From Paenibacillus algorifonticola (GTDB lineage: Bacteria > Bacillota > Bacilli > Paenibacillales > Paenibacillaceae), in the NCBI RefSeq assembly GCF_050481745.1, contig NZ_JBCNGR010000013.1, positions 81,214 to 121,213 on the forward strand: 40,000 nucleotides of DNA, read 5' to 3'. Shown here piece by piece: positions 9,932 through 16,460 of this stretch. The notes under the pieces are model-generated. The model had not been told where the DNA came from, did no database searches, and saw only the letters and a list, made by a program, of their open reading frames with translations. The translations under genes were made by a program, and so were the position numbers. Position 1 is the first letter of the stretch; each line of letters starts with the position of its first letter.

Positions 9932-10599
9932 GACATTTGCTCCGAATTTCTTGTCTGTAAAAAAGTATCCAGACCAGCTTTTCTCAACTGACAAGCTGGA
10001 CAATTACCACAACCGTCACCGATAACCCCGTTATAGCAGGTTAATGTCTTCTTACGTACAAATTCAAAAGCACCTAACTGATCAGCCATCTCCCACGTCT
10101 CTGCTTTATTAATCCACATCAACGGAGTATGAATGATAAAGTTATGATCCATCGCTAAATTTAACGTTACATTTAGAGATTTAACGAAATCATCCCTACA
10201 GTCGGGATAGCCACTGAAATCTGTTTCGCATACACCTGTTACAATATGTCGAGCTCCTACTCCTTTAGCAAAGACCGCCGCGAAACTTAAAAATAAGTGG
10301 TTTCGTCCTTCTACAAATGTACTTGGAAGTTCGCCATCATTATGAACAATTTCTACGTCATCACGCGTCAACGCATTTTGAGTTAATTGGCCGAGTAGGC
10401 TCATATCAAGTAAAGTCCATTTTACTCCTAATTCATAAGCAATTTGCTTAGCACATTCAATTTCTAATGCATGCCTTTGACCATAATTGAAGGTGACAGC
10501 CTCCACCTCATCAAATTGCTTCATTGCCCAAAACAAACAAGTTGTACTATCTTGACCGCCACTAAATACAACAACGGCTTTTTTGTTTTTTTTATCCAT
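9928..10599 (-). CDS. queC: 7-cyano-7-deazaguanine (preQ0) synthase QueC
   Basis: [19 protein letters not shown] (PP-loop), [15 protein letters not shown], and the C-terminal zinc motif [16 protein letters not shown]. Colinear with B. subtilis QueC. Confidence 0.95.
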   Translation of the reverse strand: MDKKNKKAVVVFSGGQDSTTCLFWAMKQFDEVEAVTFNYGQRHALEIECAKQIAYELGVKWTLLDMSLLGQLTQNALTRDDVEIVHNDGELPSTFVEGRNHLFLSFAAVFAKGVGARHIVTGVCETDFSGYPDCRDDFVKSLNVTLNLAMDHNFIIHTPLMWINKAETWEMADQLGAFEFVRKKTLTCYNGVIGDGCGNCPACQLRKAGLDTFLQTRNSEQMS

Positions 10600-10633
10600 T
10601 TGCTTAACCTACTTTCTTACCAGTCTCATTTTA

Positions 10634-10642
10634 ATGATAACA
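10634..10642 (-). promoter_or_regulatory. Candidate extended -10 (TGTTATCAT) upstream of queC
   Basis: The minus strand reads TGTTATCAT 35 nt upstream of the queC ATG. The -35 is weak (TTTCGA at 17 nt). No riboswitch-like structure is visible in this 68-nt gap. Confidence 0.35.
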
Positions 10643-10667
10643 GATGTGCTACCATATCGAAAGTTGA

Positions 10668-13600
10668 CTATTTATCGTCTCCAACAACTAATCTAATCTC
10701 TACAACATCAAACAAGTTGGGGAATTTTTCTTTAATCTCATCCAGCAGACGCTTCCATTGTATTGGAGGAAGTGTACTATATCCATTTTCGATAAGTAAT
10801 CGGATATGCCGTTTTATGGAGGGTCTAATTTGTGGGCTTTCGTTGATTTTTTCTAGTAGGTGATAGATACTTTCAACATCTTCACAATCAAAATCATTTC
10901 TGATTACTTGAAGAAGGTGCAATTTGGTCTGCTCATGTTGAAGTTTTCTTTCGATCCGATCTCTTAGTTCATAGAAATCTATAGATTGCCATTCAGCAAT
11001 TAAGGAACTTAATTCAGCACCAATGTGTTTCTTTTTTTTCAGACGATTTACACCATTCTCCAATCTAATCAGGAGTTTCTTTATATGCTCTAAATCCCCT
11101 AGCTTAATTTGAAGATCCAGCAGATACTTCACTAAATTTCGTGGAGTAAGAGCAAGGCAGTTTTTCAAACTTTCCAATTCCTGAATAATAATTATGAAGT
11201 TAGCTTTACCCGCCTCTAATTCAGACCAGTTTACTTCGTCCTTTTTATTGATTTTCGCTTCTTCTTGTTCATAATTTGTTTGCGCGCAACTCTCAGTGAG
11301 AAGACTTTCAACTTCAAGCATCATCTCGTCAAATTGTTTACTCAACTGTCTCATCTCACTAAATAAAATAGTAGCACTTTTATATTGAGCGGCGAGTGCT
11401 TGATCATCCAATTCTTGTTCCAGCAAAGTGTAAGCAACAAAGTCTTGTTGTGTAATACTCTTCTTCTCGCTAAAAGCTTTAATTTGTTCAGCAAGTTCTA
11501 TCAATTTCAAATTATTGGAGCCAAGTAAAAAAGGAATCATGTTCATCCTTTTTTCGAGTGACTGCTTAAAGCTATCTTGAAGTAGTTTAAAGTATTTATG
11601 GTAACTTTCTTTCAATTGGGATAGAAATACCCGTAGAGTAGTATCTCCAATTTGATAGTGTTCTAAGATTTTCGATGGCACAAGATTCATAAACCAATAA
11701 TCAAATTCTTCATTCGTCAAAACCGCTTTACTAGGCGGCTGAAAAAAGTTATCACGTAACAAGTACCAATCTGAATAACAATCCTCAAGAAGAGCTAATA
11801 ATTCTGTTCGGAATGGAGAATATTCAATTACATTTGAGGCCCAAGATGATTTGCTGTATATTTGAGCATTTTGAACCCAGTATTTCATCCCGTACACAAA
11901 TACAGGAAGATTCAACCCAAGAGCCTGTTCAAGAGAATTAAGCCATTCATCATGGATTGACTCTGCTTGATGTATCCATTTAGCAATTTCATATTCATTG
12001 GAATTTTTCTGAAACATCCTTACCTTTTCTGAATACTTCATGGTTTGAAAGTTGGCAATTTGAATAGCAATAAATCCTCTGCTGACGCTTATTGTAGACT
12101 CATCCTTGTTATTCTGGAGTGTAATCGGATACCTTGTTCGATTCACAACTTCATTTCGCTGAATGGATGATGAAGTTTTGGATGTGAATGAGCGGGACAT
12201 ATGAATTCCCTTTACAGCATCATGCACCAATGCAGCCACCCCCGATCTAACCGGCAATAATAATTCTTCATTTACATCTCTTCCTTCTACCCAATCTCTA
12301 ACCACTGCCTTTTCATTGAAGCCATTATTACTATCTTTTTTCGGCTCATCAAGTAATTGCTGCTCATCTCTTAAGCTACTTCCAACACTATTTAGTTTCA
12401 CAGTGATTTGATTATCCTTATATCCAAAGTACCTTAATACAGGTTCTGAAATTGTAATCTTCTCCGCTTCTTCAGAGGCATACCATTCTGCGAGAGTTTT
12501 GATAAAAACATCCGAATGCTCAGCGAACATCTCCCTCCTTATTATAGGAAGTATTCTACTAATATCTTTCTTACCTCTTAGAAAAAAGCGAATAACTTCT
12601 TTACTATTCAAAATCATGTAACGTAATTTCCCTTTTCCCATTGGAATTGCATCATACGTTCTCCTTAACATATGGCTATTAAATGGAAGCAACTGAACTT
12701 CAATATCATTTAATTTAGATTCAATCTCACTTGATTCCGTGGTAATACTTGAACATTGGTCGTAGTACGGACACTCAGGAGAGCATTTAAAGCCTTGTGT
12801 TGCTTTCAACTGTGTAAGGTACTTAGCCATATAAGGAATTACTTGTCCACGATCTAGGTTGAAAAAGTCTTTCCCTGATTCGTCAGATAGCCATAACTTT
12901 TTTACCCGGTCATTTATGGTGTCAAGATTTTGGATTCTTTGTGTAAGACTGAATCCTTTTTCTGTATCCTGAACCGCGCCAGGCGTTAGACCAATTACTA
13001 CATCCCAATTCCCCTCTTCTAATGTAATAAGTTGATCCAATATATTGGTTGCGTAAATATTAACCGATTGAACAAGATCGTCAATGAGAAGCAATGGACG
13101 GATACCCTTGCTTTTTATCTGCTGGGATAATTGTTTAAACAGGGTTCCAATGTCCCGTCCTTCAAACAGAAAATGGTCCAGTTTCCGAGAAAGTGTTTGT
13201 CGAAATGTTGCATACTCCAGGGGGATATTAACAGTCGTGTTAACAAGTAACGATTCGAATTGCTCACGATGTAGAACTTCTAGTGGTTTTTTGATTCTTC
13301 CTCGTTTAACTTGAGAAGTAAATTCTACAATATTCTTCTCAATTATTGATCTCAACAATAGTGCTGCTGGAACAATTTCCTCATCGGATTCTAGCGATTC
13401 GGCAAGTGCCGTCCAGACCATTTGGTTAACAAGCGTAATAGGCTTTTTGAGTAATAGCCCCCACTTATCTTCGTCAATACAAACATCTAAAGACAAATTT
13501 AATGCGTCTAAACATTTTTTGATTAGTGTCTGGGGGTTTAACTCTGTCCGTGAAATTCGTATCACCGGTCGTTCAGATACTTCCACTAACCATTTATCTT

Positions 13601-13859
13601 TTATCCAACGAAGCAGTTCAGATTTCCCTGATCCCGTCGAGCCAAATACTAAATAAACCCTGTTGCCATCGGAATCAACTTCTTTGAGTTCTTCCAGCAA
13701 TTCGCCTTCCGTAACCTCAGCGATCAGATGACTGTCATTAAATCTATGCATTACTTGAGGGAAATGGGTTTTTCTAAAATACTCAGGTGATTGGTCGTAA
13801 CGCTCGTCTGCAGTTCCTACTAAAAGTTTAAGCGAATTTTTGTTGAGACAAGGCATCAT
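10668..13859 (-). CDS. Large (1063 aa) P-loop NTPase with a long helical, coiled-coil-like C-terminal half
   Basis: Walker A is VFGSTGSGKSE (residues ~72-80) and Walker B-like is RPLLLIDDLVQ (~255-263). The start ATGATG at 13859 has SD GAGAGGGGA 10 nt upstream. It overlaps the upstream ORF by 32 nt. It is paralogous to the partial ORF at 1..487. Confidence 0.8.
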   Translation of the reverse strand: MMPCLNKNSLKLLVGTADERYDQSPEYFRKTHFPQVMHRFNDSHLIAEVTEGELLEELKEVDSDGNRVYLVFGSTGSGKSELLRWIKDKWLVEVSERPVIRISRTELNPQTLIKKCLDALNLSLDVCIDEDKWGLLLKKPITLVNQMVWTALAESLESDEEIVPAALLLRSIIEKNIVEFTSQVKRGRIKKPLEVLHREQFESLLVNTTVNIPLEYATFRQTLSRKLDHFLFEGRDIGTLFKQLSQQIKSKGIRPLLLIDDLVQSVNIYATNILDQLITLEEGNWDVVIGLTPGAVQDTEKGFSLTQRIQNLDTINDRVKKLWLSDESGKDFFNLDRGQVIPYMAKYLTQLKATQGFKCSPECPYYDQCSSITTESSEIESKLNDIEVQLLPFNSHMLRRTYDAIPMGKGKLRYMILNSKEVIRFFLRGKKDISRILPIIRREMFAEHSDVFIKTLAEWYASEEAEKITISEPVLRYFGYKDNQITVKLNSVGSSLRDEQQLLDEPKKDSNNGFNEKAVVRDWVEGRDVNEELLLPVRSGVAALVHDAVKGIHMSRSFTSKTSSSIQRNEVVNRTRYPITLQNNKDESTISVSRGFIAIQIANFQTMKYSEKVRMFQKNSNEYEIAKWIHQAESIHDEWLNSLEQALGLNLPVFVYGMKYWVQNAQIYSKSSWASNVIEYSPFRTELLALLEDCYSDWYLLRDNFFQPPSKAVLTNEEFDYWFMNLVPSKILEHYQIGDTTLRVFLSQLKESYHKYFKLLQDSFKQSLEKRMNMIPFLLGSNNLKLIELAEQIKAFSEKKSITQQDFVAYTLLEQELDDQALAAQYKSATILFSEMRQLSKQFDEMMLEVESLLTESCAQTNYEQEEAKINKKDEVNWSELEAGKANFIIIIQELESLKNCLALTPRNLVKYLLDLQIKLGDLEHIKKLLIRLENGVNRLKKKKHIGAELSSLIAEWQSIDFYELRDRIERKLQHEQTKLHLLQVIRNDFDCEDVESIYHLLEKINESPQIRPSIKRHIRLLIENGYSTLPPIQWKRLLDEIKEKFPNLFDVVEIRLVVGDDK

Positions 13860-14604
13860 TTAAATCACATCCCCTCTCTACCTTTATCCAATTAAATTCG
13901 TTTTTAGGTCCATATGATTTATAAGGTAAATCTTGCATGTAACTTAGTTTCAACTCTCCTTCTTGATGTAATGCCATTAAAGAAAAGATAACCCCTCTGT
14001 AGATGTTCCCTTCAGTTGTTAGGCATGGTATAACCGGATCAATTATCTTTTCACAAAATGGATGCAATCCTCCCTCCCATGTCTCATTCCTCTTAATGAT
14101 ACTTTTCATTAACGAAAGCTGTGGAAGTGCATAGAAGCCTGAGTAAATACGTCTACCCAATCCCCAGCATTCCATCATTCGCTTCCACGCATTCACTTTC
14201 TCTTGCCCAACTAGTGTTTTCTTTAATTGGCTATTGATTTGGTAGTGAATATTACTCAAAAACAATTTATCCGGCTTTACAAATAACTGTTCAAATAGGG
14301 AAGCAAATACTTTATCAAGTGAATCGCTAGGTATATTTTCAGAATTTGAAAGTTCCCTCAATTTTAAAAAAACCTCTTTGTTGCACCATGGCTTGTCCTG
14401 TAGTACAAAATATTGTGATTTGTCTTTATATATAAACTGTAAATCCTCTAATACGATCAAACTACATTCAATTAACGATGTGATGTCCCCGCTATCAACA
14501 TGCTGAAATCTTGTTTTTAACTTCTCTACATCCAGTCCAGGATTAATTCTTAAATTTTCATAAATCACTTCAATTTCCGGTCCGTAGCACATTTGAAACA
14601 ACAT
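13828..14604 (-). CDS. Hypothetical 258-aa protein; partner of the 1063-aa ATPase and distant paralogue of the ORF at 492..1382
   Basis: Strong SD AAGAGGAGGAG lies 5 nt before ATG 14604. It overlaps both neighbours, by 35 nt upstream and 32 nt downstream. No recognisable catalytic motif. Confidence 0.65.
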   Translation of the reverse strand: MLFQMCYGPEIEVIYENLRINPGLDVEKLKTRFQHVDSGDITSLIECSLIVLEDLQFIYKDKSQYFVLQDKPWCNKEVFLKLRELSNSENIPSDSLDKVFASLFEQLFVKPDKLFLSNIHYQINSQLKKTLVGQEKVNAWKRMMECWGLGRRIYSGFYALPQLSLMKSIIKRNETWEGGLHPFCEKIIDPVIPCLTTEGNIYRGVIFSLMALHQEGELKLSYMQDLPYKSYGPKNEFNWIKVERGCDLNDALSQQKFA

Positions 14605-15502
14605 GCTCGCTCCTCCTCTTATTATTTTCTAAAATATCGTTAAATGTTCTAAGTAAGTGGTAATAGTTATGGATTGATCTTAACTTCATATATTCTCTTG
14701 GAGATGGGACTAAGATCTGCTTTGCGTCATTTTCACATACAGGGCATTCACAATTAAGTGGATTTTCCAATCGTGGACTTGTGGGTTTAGCTCGCGATTC
14801 TGAGAGAAAAAAGGTTCTAAATGGTCTGCTATAGAACACTTGAAAGAACGCTGCCGCCATTGTTGGTCGTGTTGAATCAAATGAACTTACGCCAATATCA
14901 ACCATTGCACTAAGTTGGGGAATTCCTGTTACTCCAAATACATGCAGGTTTGAAGGCCCTACAACATCTGCTGCCCTTCTGATCATTTCAATTTGCTGCG
15001 TCTGATGTCTAAAAAGTAACGATCCAATTCCAAATTTCTTATACCCCATCTTGATCAACTCATAAGCTGAAAACTCAATACTAGCTTGGTCATAACCTTG
15101 AATGACTCCCATTGCTTGAACAGATTTCGGAAGATTATATTTATGAAAAATATTGAAATACTCATAAGCATTGAATAGCGTTCTTTCTATAGCCATGAAA
15201 CGTTCAGATAAAGAGGACTTATTTAACAGTGGTTCATCAAAATGAACCATTTGAACATTTGTTTTTTTTTCGCAATCTTCTAAGATTGAGAGCTGAATAT
15301 CAAAAACTTCTTTTAGTGGAGGCCTAATTTTTTGTTTAACATAAAACACTGATCCACAGTCTAGTATTAGCTTGCTAGGTTTATTTTTATACCTTTTTAC
15401 TCCTCCTCTATTGTCCGGTATAGCACTAATTAAAACCGGACATTGAGGAAAGTAATCACAAAATACTGCATCACTGTGTGACCAACCAATATAAAATTCC
15501 AT
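14570..15502 (-). CDS. Second, compact TGT-superfamily (DpdA-like) protein
   Basis: Matches to the 684-aa ORF: ILDCGSVFY (cf. MGDCGAFSY), GVIQGYD...MGYKKFGIGSL (cf. GIVQGWD...LGYDYIALGGL), GVSSFDSTRPT (cf. E. coli Tgt GVDMFDCVMPTR). The zinc motif is CECPVCEN...HNYYH. I prefer ATG 15502 (MEFYIGW..., SD GAAGGAG 8 nt upstream). The ORF-track start at 15580 has no usable SD and sits upstream of a candidate promoter. Confidence 0.75.
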   Translation of the reverse strand: MEFYIGWSHSDAVFCDYFPQCPVLISAIPDNRGGVKRYKNKPSKLILDCGSVFYVKQKIRPPLKEVFDIQLSILEDCEKKTNVQMVHFDEPLLNKSSLSERFMAIERTLFNAYEYFNIFHKYNLPKSVQAMGVIQGYDQASIEFSAYELIKMGYKKFGIGSLLFRHQTQQIEMIRRAADVVGPSNLHVFGVTGIPQLSAMVDIGVSSFDSTRPTMAAAFFQVFYSRPFRTFFLSESRAKPTSPRLENPLNCECPVCENDAKQILVPSPREYMKLRSIHNYYHLLRTFNDILENNKRRSEHVVSNVLRTGN

Positions 15503-15553
15503 ATCCTCATCTCCTTCTACAATAAAAATTACGTGATCATACGTGATATTTTT

Positions 15554-15562
15554 ATTGTAGCA
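15554..15562 (-). promoter_or_regulatory. Candidate internal promoter (extended -10 TGCTACAAT) for the TGT2 / ATPase / queCDE genes
   Basis: The minus strand reads TGCTACAAT just downstream of the terminator at 15593..15620. It is followed by a tandem ATCACGTA repeat on the minus strand (plus-strand TACGTGAT at 15530..15537 and 15540..15547), then the SD of TGT2. Confidence 0.4.
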
Positions 15563-15592
15563 CATCTCACCAGCACTCATCTACTCTTTGAA

Positions 15593-15620
15593 TAAAAAAA
15601 AGAAGCCATCAGGCTTCTTT
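15593..15620 (-). terminator. Rho-independent terminator at the end of the 264-aa ORF, inside the gene array
   Basis: On the minus strand: AAAGAAGCC-TGAT-GGCTTCTTT, a 9-bp stem and 4-nt loop that contains the TGA stop, followed by TTTTTTATT. Confidence 0.65.
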
Positions 15621-16403
15621 TATCCATTGTCTCCATATTTCATATATTAAACCGCGTTGTGCATCATTAAATTTAAAATTTCCTTTATTAACAAGTAGAA
15701 CTGGATTGTCTCTGTCAAAAAACTGACCTTTCCAATTCTCATAATTGAATTCCTCTGAGAGTAGTGGCCGCGGCAGATTGGTTAACTGAGAATCCTCAGT
15801 CCATTGCTCCATGAAATATCTAATATAGCAATACCAAGCAATGGCTGAGTCGGCAATGGATTTTTTTCGAAACTGTTTTCTCTGTGCTACAGGAAGATAC
15901 CCTAGTTCAGGATAATCACTCATTATAGAGTCAACATATTTAATCAAATCTTTAGCTAATCGAGGGCATAAACTACGTTCAACTCGATACCTTTGAAAAT
16001 CCTTAAAAATATCATACAGCGATCTAAAAGTCATTAATTTAGTGGAGTTGCTACTTATTTTCTCCCCCTTTTCAATCAACCGTTCGAAACGCTTATAAGA
16101 CATTAACTGATGCATACAGTAACTCGGAAAGTGTTGGGTTTCAGATACAATTAGAACGACGTATTCATCGCTCATACTGCCGCTGGGCAGTTTATAAGTA
16201 AACCGGGGATTCGTCACTTGTAACTCATTGTTTATTAAACTTAACACAGTATCATAATTTACTAAAATGACCTCTTCGCCAATTACATCAGACTGAATTA
16301 CAGGAAAACCCCAGTCTTTAATAACCCCTAATGGCAGTACTGTAAAATAAACGTCATCATTCTTTCTAGTTAAATTGCTTACGTTTTCAAAAGTAAAAAC
16401 CAT
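15609..16403 (-). CDS. Hypothetical 264-aa protein located between the two TGT-like genes
   Basis: SD GGGGGA lies 6 nt before ATG 16403. Codon usage is coherent and AT-rich, like the neighbours. I recognise no motif (no P-loop, no DGQHR). Confidence 0.6.
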   Translation of the reverse strand: MVFTFENVSNLTRKNDDVYFTVLPLGVIKDWGFPVIQSDVIGEEVILVNYDTVLSLINNELQVTNPRFTYKLPSGSMSDEYVVLIVSETQHFPSYCMHQLMSYKRFERLIEKGEKISSNSTKLMTFRSLYDIFKDFQRYRVERSLCPRLAKDLIKYVDSIMSDYPELGYLPVAQRKQFRKKSIADSAIAWYCYIRYFMEQWTEDSQLTNLPRPLLSEEFNYENWKGQFFDRDNPVLLVNKGNFKFNDAQRGLIYEIWRQWIKEA

Positions 16404-16418
16404 GAAATTTCCCCCAAC

Positions 16419-16457
16419 GCAAATATGCCTTAGTGTACCACACTAAGGCATGTTTGC
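16419..16457 (-). other. Strong intercistronic stem-loop (18-bp stem, one mismatch, 3-nt loop) with no U-tract
   Basis: On the minus strand: GCAAACATGCCTTAGTGT-GGT-ACACTAAGGCATATTTGC. It sits between the stop of the 684-aa ORF (16461) and the SD of the next ORF. Confidence 0.6.
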
Positions 16458-16460
16458 GCA

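Noticed and set aside
9932-10003. ORF-track N-terminal extensions. QueD to 10003, TGT2 to 15580, DpdA-like to 18515, RecQ-like to 3925. DagK to 22709, YerC to 24074, DUF47 to 26777, redoxin to 29961, kinase to 31717, deacetylase to 35035.
   Set aside because: In each case a downstream start has a proper SD at 5-9 nt and/or forms a start-stop overlap with the upstream gene. That start also matches the expected family length, and the longer version runs into the neighbouring gene or a regulatory element.
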